This document shows positions 47,465 to 60,492 of a stretch of DNA of 64,000 nt, piece by piece (position 1 is the stretch's first letter; each line of letters opens with the position of its first letter). A model generated the notes under the pieces. It was given only the letters and a program-made list of their open reading frames with translations, made no database searches and had not been told where the DNA came from. A program made the position numbers and the translations under genes. The stretch comes from Neodothiora populina (taxonomy: Eukaryota): the NCBI RefSeq assembly GCF_041146345.1, contig NW_027191413.1, positions 1,860,001-1,924,000 of the forward strand. Reading direction: 5' to 3'.

Positions 47465-49564
47465 TCACATGCCTGGAGGCGGTGGCACCTTTCACAGTCA
47501 GTCCTGGACCCGTGCCATTTTAAGATCGACAGAACTGTCGAGCATGAGACTTACGGCATTGTAACCACTCGCACCGGGTGGAGGAGGAGGAGGAGGGGCA
47601 TTGTCAGTCGGTGGCTGGAGAGTGCGTCAGTCTTCTGCGTCACCATCGTTCATGGACTTGAGCCTACTGGTGGAGCCGCATTGTCAGATGGCGGTGGTGG
47701 AGGAGGCTGTTCGCCATTTTGCGGTGTACCTGTTGCTTGAGGCATGCCGTAATACTCCATATACATCTTCATGTACGCTTCATAGCCACCGTACGCAGCA
47801 TAGGGATCCTGTCCGGTTTGTTGATAGTACTGAGCGTAAGCTTGTGTGTAGTCGGGGGTGGCCGATTGCATGGCGTTCGGACTCATGGCGGCACCAGTCG
47901 CCGGTGCTGCGGCAGCAGGTGAGTTGTATCCACCGTAGCCACCGCCATAACCACCACTCTGTCCACCATACCCACCTCCATGACCACCGCCTCCGTGGCC
48001 GCCGCCGTAGCCGCCACGCTCACGATCTCCATAACCGCCGCCGCCGCCGCCGCCGCCACCTCTGTGTCCACGATCGCCGTAATCACCGCCTCCGCGAGGA
48101 CCGCGCTCCTTGAAGGCTTCATACTGGCTGCGAACGTTGTTCAGAAGGTCGAGACAAAGCTCTTTGGCGCGTTGAACTTCATTGGGATCAGGACCTCTGA
48201 TGCATCGTCAGCTGCGTGTCCTAGACGAGACTTACAAGGACTGGAGTAGCAAGACTTACGCCACATGCAAATACATCTGCTCGTCGCTTTCTCTTCCGGT
48301 TTCGTGCTCCATGAATCCGGAGCCACGACCCTTGATCTGGACACGACATCTCGTTTCTTGCTGAATGTGCTTGACGTATGACCCACCTTGTCCAACAACT
48401 TGAGCGCGCAGGTTGAAGCCAGGAATAGGTTCAAGGTCGACGGGAATCTTCTCCTCGGGCCATTTGCGCTATTACTTTGTCAGCTAATTGGTTTCAAATG
48501 GAGTTATGAATGAATCGCACTCGTCCAAGAGAGTCGCGCTCGACTTGTTCCGGCTCGCGACGACGGAAGCGTCTTTCATCAACAAGATTGGGAAGTTCCT
48601 GCTTCATTAGTTCTTCAATCTCGGCGACGGCTTTCTCTAAACCCTCTCTAGTAGTACTAGTGATGTGGAGATACAGAGGCGGATTCTGCGACACTGTCAG
48701 CTGGATCTCATATTTGCGAGAGGGGTGCATAACACATACGGCAGCAGTGGCCATACTCTTGTCTGGGTAGTAGTTGCCCCTTGTAGTGACATCTTCAGAC
48801 ACATAAGCAGTTATTCGTTACACGTTAGTCGAATGAGTGAGCATACCGGCGCCTGTCTTCTCTTTGATCTAAATGTCACACAAGTAAGGTCAGCATCTGC
48901 AAAACGGGGAGACTGTGGGCTGTTGCGCTAGACGTGAGCATTCTCTCCATTTGACAATAATCTGCTTGAGAATCAAAAGAACAAGAAAACCTCTGGTCTT
49001 AAAACAGACAATCTTTCGTGCCTAGGATTATCAGTGGGTTGCAGCAGTGTGTATTTACCATCTTCTGGGTTGAGCCTTTGGTCAGAGTGTATCGATTACG
49101 AAGGTCATTGACCTCGACGTCTCGGATGTAGTCTCCGTCTTGGGTGTATATGTCCTGGTTCAGCGGGGTTGGTCCGGCAGAGGGTGATTTTGCGCCACCT
49201 GGGCTCTCGGTCTAGTGGAGAAGAGGAAGGATGTCAGCCATGTCTTCTGATGTATAGAACTGTGAACCAAAGGCAGAAGAGTGAGTGATACCGAACGGAT
49301 TGGGGGAACGTCTACGTGCTGAACACCCTTGCGAGCCTGGATCTGAGCATTGATTCTGGCAGCAGCGGCAGCGGCAGCGGCAGCGGGATCCTTGGACTCG
49401 TTTGTTGCTGGACTTCCAGAGTTGCGTGCAATCGGACTACGACTGCGTCGTGTCTCGGACTCCCTGTTGGAGGGTGAGCGGGAGCGACGGTCGAATCGCG
49501 ATCGACGGGGTGGTTCGGGGTCGGTCTGATCGAAGCGCGACCGCTTACGAGGTTCCTCAGACAT
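47465..49564 (-). CDS. KH-domain RNA-binding protein (KHDC4/Blom7-like) with RS-rich N-terminus and RGG/Pro-rich C-terminus; multi-exon
   Basis: DVEVNDLRNRYTLTKGSTQKM-IKEKTGA-DVTTRGNYYPDK, FNLRAQVVGQGGSYVKHIQQETRCRVQIKGRGSGF; the protein ends GYNA-VPPPPGM. Confidence 0.85.
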
Positions 49565-49946
49565 TGCGACGGTCTACTTGGTGATGTGCTGCTCGTAGAA
49601 TGCCACGCGCAACAGAAAAAGAACAAAGTCTGGAAGATAATTAAGGTATACAAAGCAGACGCGGCCGCGACCGACGTCTGGAAGACATGCCGGGCATAAA
49701 AAAAGCCAAGAGCTGACTCGCGCTTGCATCCGTGGTTATGCCACTTCACGTGTGATTTGCGATTTGTGATTCATACAAGTGAAGTGGAAGGGCTTCGGAT
49801 GAAAGCGACATCGGCCGTGGGGAAAGTCAACCAGTCAGCGGCCGGACTTTTTGCCTGCTTTGCTTTCGATAAAGGTTTGGAAGGGAGTGGTCATCCTACC
49901 TAGGTATCCTTTGTATGTGGTCAGGTTCAACTTGTCACACAAGCAA

Positions 49947-50995
49947 ATGGCCTCGAAAAGACTATGGACCGCGTGGTCCAATGAGGCGTCCTTGACCAAA
50001 CTCGTACAGAGATGCCTTCCCAGGCAGAGATTGGCGTCGGTGGTTCCTTCCCGCAGCTCGTCGTCTTCGACCTCAGCTATCGCATACAAGGCGCTGCACC
50101 GTCGCGTCAACCCATTGCCTCCGGCATCGACCATCCCTTCCGTCTCCCCAGCTGCTGCTGTTTCCAGCATCATCTATGAGACCCCTCTTCCTTCCCAGGC
50201 TCCTCCCAAGCGCCATGTGCTGAACTGTCTGGTGCAGAACGAGCCGGGTGTCCTTTCCCGTGTGTCTGGTATCCTCGCAGCAAGAGGCTTCAACATCGAC
50301 AGTCTTGTTGTCTGCAACACCGAGGTCGAGGATCTCTCTCGCATGACCATTGTCCTTCAGGGTCAGGATGGCGTCGTCGAGCAAGCTCGCCGCCAGCTCG
50401 AGGATCTCGTGCCCGTCTGGGCTGTTCTGGACTACACGGCTGCACCGCTCGTCCAACGCGAGCTGCTGTTGGCCAAGGTCAGCATCCTCGGTCCAGAGTA
50501 CTTCGAGGAACTTCTCGCGCACCACAGGGAGATGACGGATGCCGAGGCACAGCTGCAGAGCCACGACCTCAGCCCGGAGGAGATTGAGGCGCACAAGAAG
50601 GCGCAGAACGAGGCTCTGCGCCAGGACTTCCACCCCAGCCGATTGCCCCCCAGCGAGGCTCTGAGACACAAGCACCAGCATCTCGAGACCATCACTCACC
50701 TGACTCATCAATTCGGCGGCAAAGTGCTCGATATCAGCAATAATAACTGCATTGTTGAAGTGTCAGCAAAGCCTTCGAGGATTGACTCATTCATGAAGCT
50801 CATTGCTCCATTTGGCATTCTGGAGAGTGCCAGAACTGGTGAGTCACACTCGGGGATTGGCAAAATGGTCTTTTACATGACTGACATTTCACAGGTTTAA
50901 TGGCTCTTCCGAGATCACCTCTCAACGAACCTGATGAGCTCGAGGAGAAGGAGGCAGAGGATGTTGTCGATGCAAGCACCTTGCCTCCAGGTTAA
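49947..50995 (+). CDS. ILV6: Acetolactate synthase small (regulatory) subunit, mitochondrial; 2 exons
   Basis: HVLNCLVQNEPGVLSRVSGILAARGFNIDSLVV, ESART-GLMALPRSPL; ends DASTLPPG. Confidence 0.96.
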
Positions 50996-51108
50996 GCTGC
51001 TCGGCAATCGCTATCTAGGAGTACGGAATCGGGTTCAAGACACAGAGATGGCAGGCACGCGGGCATCAACATGGGGTTGTGGCATTACATTTGTATTATC
51101 GGATTGTA

Positions 51109-52282
51109 TCAGATCTTTCCCTTGTTCACTACAAAGGCTTCCAGTGCAGCTGTGAAGGAGTAAGCATGAATCAAGGAACGAGTCAAACGACATGTATCCG
51201 GCAAACTCACCGACGGCAGCCCAGAGTCTGTTTTCGGCTTCTTGGAAGACCAGACTCTTTGGGCTGTAGAAGACCTCATCGCTCACTTCTTCGGGGTGAC
51301 GAGGCAAACAGTGCATGAATTGCCAGCTCTGCTTGGCGCCTCCCCTATCTGCCAATTCCTTGGTGATCTGGAAGCCCTCGAAGGCCTTCATGCGCTTGAT
51401 GCTCTCCTCCTCTTGACCCATTGAGACCCAGGTGTCAGTGACAAGGATATCTGCATCCTTGACGGCTTCCTCTGGGACAGTGGTTTCGGTAAGGGAGCCG
51501 GGGTTGGGTGCGCTCTTGGCAGCAGCTTGGATGATGTCGCGCATAGAAGCAGGGATCTCGTAGCCCTTGGGTGTCGCTACCGCGACGTCGACGCCGAGCT
51601 TGGCGGCGCCAATGGCGAGGTCAAACAGCACGTTGTTGGCGTCTCCAACCCAAGCAATCTTCTTTCCCTCCAAGCCTAAGCTGTCGGCGGCGGTCGTCTG
51701 TGCAGTGGGGAAAGCTTCGTGGATGGTGAGGAAGTCGGCGATGGTCTGAAGAGGATGGTAGAGATCGCTCAGGGCGTTGATGACAGGGACGGACGAGTGT
51801 TTGGCCAGATCGGCGACGTCGCTGTGGCCATTGACTCGTGCGACGATGCATGAGACCATGGAAGAGATGACGACCGACGTGTCGTAGAGAGACTCATTGA
51901 CGCCTAGCTGGATGTCGTCCTTGCCTAGGAACATGGGGTGACCGCCCATGAGAGCGACAGCAGCTTCTGTGCTCACGCGCGTCCTGGTCGATCTCTTGCT
52001 GAAGGTCAAGGCCACCGACTGCCCGGTGAGGGTGTCTTTCAGAGAGGCGGGAACATTGCCAGACTTGACGGCGGTCTTGTGAGATGCAGCACTTCGGACA
52101 AGCTTGGTCAACTCTGAGGGAGTCAGATCAGCAATTGACATCAAGTGTCTTGGAGCGAATGGTGAAGTAGCTGGCGTGCTTGGTGTAGCCGACGAGGTGG
52201 CATATCGCCTGACGAGGGACGCGGCGGTCTTGCTCTGCAGCCTCAATGACGAAGCTGCGTGCAGAGATGGTAGAGGAGCCAT
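51109..52282 (-). CDS. ARG3: Ornithine carbamoyltransferase, mitochondrial; 2 exons
   Basis: FSKRSTRTR, HPLQ, TDTWVSMG, FMHCLP and EAENR; presequence-like N-terminus. Confidence 0.96.
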
Positions 52283-52985
52283 TCTTGGGCAAAAAAAAGA
52301 GACAGAAGAAAACAAGGACAAATCAACGTCCAATGAGTATATATCGACAGCTGCTGTATGGTACAGCACTTGTATGCCTGTGTTGGTTCCGATGTGTCAT
52401 AAGCTTTTCTGCTTACCTTTGTGTCTTTGCTATTTCTTCCGCACAGACCCCCTCGCGCCTTATCGCAGTGATAAGATGACTATGATCAGATAAGATTACA
52501 AGCTCCACTTCTTCGAGTCACGCAATGTGCAAGCAAGATCGATCACCCGACTCGTATCGTGTCATCGACAGATCACCTTGGTCGTGCATGACTTAGATAT
52601 TGAGATGAACTAGCAGCCATGGTAGTACATGTGTTCGTCGAGAACGTCATATGGACACCTCCAGCATAAGGTATTCATCCACTCGTAGCATCTGCAGAAG
52701 ATAGCTTAGCTTACATGTTACCTTTCTTGGCATATCGATATCGGCTAAGAGGTACAAGCAAGGTACGGTACCCTTAGGGCTACTTCTCCGCCCTCTCCTC
52801 CACACCTTCCGTCGTTCATAGTGCATTGCATCACCACCTGCCGTATACCACACTCATATCACATCCTTCTTCATTTGTCCACAATCCCTCTACAAATACA
52901 CATCTGCGCTGAGCGCACAATGGCCAGACTGACACGGCAGTCATCCACAAAGGCGCAGTAAAGCGCAATAGATCCATTATCAGTC

Positions 52986-55799
52986 ATGTCCGAGCACGCT
53001 TCCATACCTCCTAACTCCGAGTCGACGTCGGCAGGTCCAGCATCGCCCGCCCGTTCGACTCGTTCACACAAATCATCTTCGGTCGGGACGGGAACAGAAT
53101 ACACAGATACCCATGCTTCCGAGTACACTCCGCTCTTAGCTCGGCCCGATGGCGATGAAGAAGAGGCAGACGAAGCTCAGAACGATGACAGCGAGCGGTC
53201 GTTCTCGGCCGCCGCTCTATTGCGCACATTCCAAGGCAAACACTCCAGAGCTTCTCGCAGATGGCCCAGTTTGCTAGCACTGCTGTTGCTGTGTTTACTT
53301 GTGCTCCTCATAATAGTCTTTGCTTTCTTTGCTCCTGCTGTGGTTCAGCAGTATGCCATGCAGGCCGCCACCTTCGAGCCGACCAGCCTGTCTATTCATT
53401 CCTTTACTTCAGATGGGGTAAAAGCGCGCATCCAGGGCGATTTTACCATGGACGCCTCCAAGGTCAAGAAGAAGCCAGTGAGAGATCTGGGCCGTTTTGG
53501 AACCTGGATTGCGAGGAAGGTCGAGACGGGACAGTCCCAGGTGCAGGTCATCCTACCGGAATATGGCGACATTGTGCTAGGCACGGCCGAGATTCCTCAT
53601 CTTCTTCTCGATATACGGAACACACACACGACCCACATCGACGTCCTTGCAGACCTGCATCCAGGCGATGTGGATGGCATCCGGCGCATGGCCGTCGACT
53701 GGCTCGATGGCAGACTTGGTCAACTACGCGTTCGAGGCGAGGCTTCTGTGCCATTGAAGTCTGGACTTCTCAATCTTGGTCGCCAGACCATCTCCCAGAC
53801 TCTGCTATTTGCCGGCCAGCACATACCAACTATGCCTGAATACAGGATTCACAAGTTGAATCTTCATGAGGTGGACTTGCCCGATGCTCGAAGAGGCATC
53901 CAAGGCAATGTCTCCATATCTGTCCGCAATCCTTATCCCTTGGACTTCGTCGTGCCACCTTTGGGATTTGTCCTACTCGTGGACAACTGCGCCGCCGCCG
54001 ATCCTTATATTGAGCTAGCAGACGCAACCACCGACGAGCTGCATGTCGAGCCCAAGCGCACCATTGATGTCAATGCCAGCGCCTTCGTACGTCGCCTACC
54101 CGACTCCTTCACTCAAGCATGTCCAGGGACCCATGAGTCTCCCATGGATGCTTTCCTTGCTTCTTATATCCGTGGTAAGGACACTACAGTGTATGTACGT
54201 GGCTCCGACTCGCCGTCTCTGGACACCCCTCGTTGGATCATCGACCTCGTGTCGGACATTATTGTTCCTGTGCCAGTGCCAGGACATAGCTTTGGTCAAT
54301 TGATCAAGAACTTCACACTTGCGAATGTGAACTTTGGCCTACCCAATCCTCTCGCCGAAACCGGCACGCCAGAAGCAAGCCCACGGATATCAGCAGAGGT
54401 TAAAGCTCTCATCTCACTCCCAGAGGAGATGAACTTCAACCTTGACGTGAACGCAATCTCTGCAGATGCCGATGTCTTCTATCATGGTTCGAAGCTTGGC
54501 CGTCTTGACTTGAGCAAATGGCAAGCTGCAAACTCCACTCGCGTCGAGAGTACAGACGATGAAGGTCCACTGCTCGCCGTGCGGTCCGCGATAGAAGATG
54601 TGCCACTAGAGATAACGGACGACGATGTGTTTTCTGATGTTATTCAGGCCATGCTGTTCGGTGGAAAGAGCGTCATCTTGGCGATCAAGGCCAACGTCAA
54701 CGTGAAGCTAAACACAGCACTCGGAGATCTCGTTGTGAGGAAGGTCCCGGCCGAAGGCGTAGTGCCGGTCAAACGTTCGTGATTCTCTATTGTATTCTCT
54801 CCTTCGTATGCGTTAGTGGGCTTATATAGCTAATACCAGGTTGATCAGCCATCAATCGAGGAAACATTGGTGCATTCAAACCTGAGATAAGCAATCTTCA
54901 GATCCTCGAGACCGGGAAGAGCTCCATCACTTTCTCGGCGCTTGTCAATTTCACCAATCCGACGGAATACTCGGCCGTGGTACCTTACGTTGACATTCAC
55001 ATCTTGACAAACGGCACGCTGCTGGGACACGCTACAGCCAAGACGCTGAGCATCGGACCTGGAATGAACACGAATATCCCAGTCACTGCGGTGTGGGACC
55101 CAATGGTCATGGGAGGACAGCATGCTCGGGCGGTGGGGATTGAGTTTCTGTCCCAGTACATTTCAGGTATGTCAACAGAAATGAATTAGTAAATTGATGG
55201 CTGACGTTCAACAGGCTACAATACCACCATTACTCTCAGAACCTACGAGGGCACAATACCTTCGCAGCCAGCCTTGGGACGAGCCTTGGAGGATTTCCAA
55301 GTCGACTTGCCTACACCCAACCTGCGTGGGCCCCCGCGGGATGGTGAAGGTGACGGCAATGGCGATGGCGAGGAAGGACCTCATTTCATTGAGGACGCTA
55401 CGGTATGTCACAAGCAACTATAGGAGTAGAATTGTCACTTCTAACGGCGCGCCGCTGCAGATGCACCTATTCACAAGTACAGCGACGTTCACGCTTCTAT
55501 CACCACTGAAGACGTCGACGTTGTACGTCACGTCCATCAATGCCACCGCATTCTATCGCGGTGACGAAGTCGGTCACATCGATTACGATTTGCCGTTCGC
55601 CGTTCCTCCTGGCGCAACAAAGTCGCCGAGACTACCAGTGCAGTGGAACTTGGGCAGTGTAGGATACGATGCGGTTCGTCGCGCCCTTGGAGGCACGCTG
55701 AGGCTGGCGGCGAGAGCAGTGGTTGGCATCAAGATTGGGGATTGGGAGGAGCGGATATGGTATCGGGGCCGTGGTATCGGCGCGAACATACGCTTGTAA
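52986..55799 (+). CDS. Type II membrane protein with repeated beta-rich domains (Tag1/DUF3712-like, probably vacuolar); 4 exons
   Basis: Dileucine-like sorting motif EYTPLL, a single TM, VRNPYPLDFVVPPLGF, NFTNPTEYSAVVPYVDI, and C-terminal GIGANIRL. Introns traced in frame. Confidence 0.78.
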
Positions 55800-56243
55800 T
55801 TCGGCTACGAAGATTGAAGTGTGAGTTTAGTGATTTATGAAGGGCGTTTTGGGGGGTTTCGTGGTTATCAACTGGCCCTTTCGTGCGCGCATGCAGCGCA
55901 TTCTTCTTGATTATGACGATGTTGCGACTGTTGTCTCTAATGATACCGATGTGCGGTATTACAGCTTAACAGATACAATGGACGAGCATATGGCCTACTG
56001 TAGTGTGTGATCATGGACTGTGCAATTAAGAGGGAGATCGATCAATCAATCACAGCTCGGTTCGGCCCGCGCGAAAATCGCCAGCATGTGATTTCGCGGG
56101 GAAATGCGGAGATATCAGACCTTGTGGAGTGACTCTCGGGGGGGATATATTGTGTATCTTGTGTATCTTGTGCAATCTTGTGTTTCCCATTCGACAATAA
56201 CATATTCGATCTCGGGGATCTACGGGGTTATTTGTCTGTTATC

Positions 56244-57943
56244 ATGGAGGTGAGAAAACGCAAAGTGACAGGGTCAATGACCGGCAGGGACAACCCTTGC
56301 TGATATTCTGATCTTAGCCACAGACGAAGGATATCACGCGGTCCACTTCTCGATCGAGAAGGTCCCATACCAACCTCTCGAACCTGCGTCTCGCGCCTCT
56401 CTCAACCAATGTCTCAAGCAATGATAAAAACAGCAGAGTCCTTGTTCTTGTCTCTGATGATCCAGACATGAGCTACCAGGTCCACCACAGCTCTTACATC
56501 CAGGACAGATCGGCGCCCTCGACCCCAGGCATCCTCGGTCGAAGCTCGAGTCGACACAAGCTGAGCGGTGGACTGAGTCGTCGACTGTCTATTCACACTA
56601 CCGAAAGCGGAGTTCCCACGTATGCTGCTGTGGCTATCAATCGTGACGGCACGCCTCTGAATGGGCTGCGCCCTGACGCGACGCGTCTAGTCGAGATCCC
56701 CAAGGCGAAAAGCGATGCTGCTTTGCTCTACGCCGACAGAGATGCTGCGGCTACTACTGCTACTGCTGCCCATTCTGCTAACCTTCACACGCACTTTGCT
56801 CCTTACACCAGCGGAGACAGACACTTGCTGCCTTTACGCCACCATCGACGCTCTCACACTAGTGGTGGTGCTCGGTCACGAAACGACGGGGCAAGCGAGG
56901 ACAACTGGCTGACGCGCGCTGCTCTCACGACAACGAGTATCCTGCGCGAGTCGAAAGGTCAATCATGGCTCTCCTCGCACCAGTCCTCGACGTCGTTGAT
57001 CGGCGCCGCAGAGCGCGATCACAGCACCTATCACTCTCCATATACCTCCTTTTCCGCCTCGGCGTCTGACAACGAAGACGAGTCTACGCAGCAGTCGCGC
57101 GCGAGCCTGGCTTCACTGGATCGTTCATCACACAGGAACAATTCCTTCTTCGCAGACGACGAGTTGAGCCCCGACACGCCTCGTCGGCCACACTACTTTC
57201 ACGCACTAGACACCAATCCGACGAGCAGCAAGAGCGCAAGCAGTCCCTGGGGAAGCCGCTTCGGCAGCCGCGCAGCCAGTGCACGGAACAGTCGACGAGG
57301 CAGCCATGTAGATCTGCTTCACCACGCCGAGTCCAACGACGACAACGATGGCCTCCGCACTCCGACGTTCGTATCTGCTGCTGCATCCCCGGCTCTGCAT
57401 CGTCACCACATCGCTGCTACAGCCGACGATTACTTCTCCACTCCGCGCCAAACACCCTCGGCCGCAGCGACGAAAGCAGCAGGCATGGAGCCGGACTTTG
57501 TGAACCTACAAGAAAGCGACGTGCTAGACAACGAAGACGACTACGAAGAAGACGCAGAGGTCGAAGTCGCGAGACTGACGCGCGAGCAGAGAGAGCGCTT
57601 GACTCAGAGGTCGTTGTTCGGTGGGTTCGTGGATAGGCTTGTGGGGTGGAGTCTATTTGATGTTGATGAAGACACTAATGACGATGCTGATGCTGATGTT
57701 GGTGATGGAAGTAAGACGGGGCTCCACAATGGCAGAATTGAGAGTAGCGGGAAGAAGCAAGAATATGACGATGGCAATGGTCAAGTCGTAAAGGATGGGG
57801 TCACAAGGAAGCAACTCCAGGTCCCGGGATTAGCAGGTGAAGAAGAAGCAACCAATACAGAGGCCAGCGGTGGAGAAGACGGCGAGGGCGGATGGCAAGA
57901 TGCCGCGTGGTTGCTCAGTCTGGCATCAAAGGTGATTTTATGA
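56244..57943 (+). CDS. Conserved uncharacterised fungal protein (DUF3984-like), with a 6-nt first coding exon
   Basis: ATG GAG at 56244-56249, then intron 56250..56317 (GTGAGA...CTGAT...TAG), then in-frame RSRRSHTNLSNLRLAPLS leading into the 491-aa ORF (SAPSTPGIL, ESKGQSWL, WQDAAWLLSLASKV). Confidence 0.75.
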
Positions 57944-58115
57944 TGCATGATCCGAAGTTTTGATATTCTCTTTTTGCTTTGCTCGAAACCTGCTTCTGGT
58001 TTCGGATATCGGACGAGTAATCTTTTGAATCCATCCAACGATGCATGATTCTCTCCTCCATTTCCACGCAAATCCAGAAACCGCATCCTTGTATCTGCAC
58101 TTGCCAGCGCTCTCC

Positions 58116-60124
58116 TTATGTCTCACTCCCCATGTCCTTCTTGAGCACAACCACATCTCCCTGCCTCCTCCAGTCATCGTGCCAGTGAGTGTTAAAGACC
58201 TCCCACCCGGTCGAATACCTACTGCCCTCCAGGAAATCAGCCATGACGGGACTCAGCTGCTCGAAGAAAACCAGATAATCAGGCCACGGCATGCCCGCCT
58301 CCTCCATCCCCTTTTGCGTATCTTCGGTTGCATTACCACTTCTAGAAATCAAAGACAAATCCTGCATATTCTCCCTCAGCCACGCTCGCGGGTCCTGGTA
58401 GAAGACATCCGCTTCGTCGAGGTACGTTGCCCGCTGATCAAGAGGAACGTCGATCGGGGGTTCGCATGTCAGCATGCGCGCTTCTATGCCTTCGTAGACT
58501 AAGTGGCTTCTCCACGGCGTGCTGTGGCAGGGCATGAGGAACAAGACCGTCATTTTGCCCGTTTTCTTGTTGTCTTCCTTTGTAAATGCGTCGAGGGCGG
58601 GGAGGTAGTGCGTTTCGTATTCTGCTCGTAAGGTCGTCACGACGTCTAACACTCCTCTTTGGTGGACTGTACAGATGTACCATGCGAGTATGAGGTCGAG
58701 CACGACTATGCTGCACAGCACGAGCCGTTTCAGGGTGTTGAGGGGAAGACGACGACCGGCGCAGAAGAGCCAGAAGGGTTCGGCGCTGAGGACGTGTAGG
58801 AGGGGGAGGAGAGGATAGATGAAGCGCACTTCTTTGTGGGCGATGAGGCTCATCGAGGTCATGAAGATTAGGATTGTCAGTGTAAGGGTTTCCAGGGTCG
58901 AGGATCTCTTGTCGATACTCGGGATCGCGGCTGGTGTGTTCCGAATGGATGATTTGGTTCGTCCAGAGAGACAGACTCGATATATGCCCCATGCTGCAAA
59001 GGGAAGAGATGTCGTCAATAGCAAAGGTAGACCCTCGGTGATGTAGTAGTCGGGTCGATTGCGGCCGTAGAAAACCGCGAGTGATTGCACGACATTGAAA
59101 TGCACAAAGCGAAGAGGGGGAAATGTCCATTCGCCATAATAGAGACGGTCAGCCGTTACAGAAACAGCGACTACTCCCAGGCCAGATGGGATCGCGGCCT
59201 TGGTCTCGACGAGCAGAGCTCTGATGGTAGCTGTAAACCGGAAGCGTGCTGCATAGGCTGCCGTGCAGATCACAACGACCAGCCAGATTATGATATTTGT
59301 CGGCCGGAGAATCGTTGCTACTGCGGCAAAGACGAAAGCAATGCACATTCTGTGGTGATCTCTGTTTAGTGAGACCATTCGGGTCTGGCATACTGGATGC
59401 AACCAACCTATTGTGTTCCTGCCGCGTGTCATGCTCGTCAACCCCGAGTGACGCATCAAAGGGCCACCAGTAGAGTGCCACCGCCGTCAGAGTAGTCTCG
59501 AGCGAGTTTGACAATGTACGTGTGGAGCAAAACAATTGCCACGGACTCAGCACGGTGAGGGGCAGCTGAGATAAGAGAAGTGAGCAATTCTGTTATTGGA
59601 TCTCACACTATGCAAAACGAGATGATGTGGCACCTACAACGTGAAAGGCGGGTGTTCTCCCACGCCCATACACCTTTACAGCTAATGCAACGGTGTAATA
59701 ATCTGTCAATGCAGCAAAAACCGCCTGGACCAGCTTCGGTGCAGCGAGCAGCATCTCAGTACGGAGAGGTGGAAGTATACCAAAAGCAGACGAGAGTGCA
59801 TCGACTATACGATACACAGCAGCAAACAAGAGAGGGTGTAGAGAAGAGCGTAGCCTTTGTCGCCATTCCTGATTGGGGTGCAAATCTCAGAATAATAATC
59901 TTACAGTGTTGGAGGTTTCTACGATATGTAGTCTGTCTTACCCAGGTTATAGATGCTCCGCTATCGCCGCCAAAAGCAGCATTCCATGCGGGCTCGAGCG
60001 ATTGATAGTACTCGTCTGGCTGGAAAAAGGTCGAGAGCTGGGTTGCGTTGAAGACTCGGAAGGCCAGCAGCATCCAGAATAGCTTATCACGCAGCAGTGA
60101 CACCCTTCTTGCAGAGGGGTCCAT
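58116..60124 (-). CDS. GPI10: GPI mannosyltransferase 3 (PIG-B, GT22); 3 exons
   Basis: [68 protein letters not shown] and LTCEPP. Confidence 0.93.
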
Positions 60125-60492
60125 TTTGCAAGGGTGCCGTGGAACTATGGCAAGTTCTGCTAAATAAGCACGCCGGGTGCTATGTGGTTGTTGATATTCG
60201 AGAACCCCTTATAAGCATTTTAGATGAACACTCTGTATCAATACGAGACGCATGTATTCATAGCTCCATCGTGACAGATATCGGAAACAACAACGACAGC
60301 GACACGCGACGATGAATAGCAGATTCGAGATGCAATGTTGATTTTGAGAGAGAAATCATTGTCTACCACCAGGTCGCCGCTATAGACGATGCATGCCAAG
60401 GCCAGGGAGCGATGACAACGACGACGTCAGCGATTAACATTTCTGGTATAATGTTTTCCCGTACAGAATGCTTTATCATCGAGCGCATTCTC

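Noticed and set aside
50073..50711. 212-aa antisense ORF over ILV6 (similar cases: 41973..42596 and 41127..41648 over SAK1)
   Set aside because: Shadow ORFs expected from the codon bias of the real gene on the opposite strand; no recognisable motifs.
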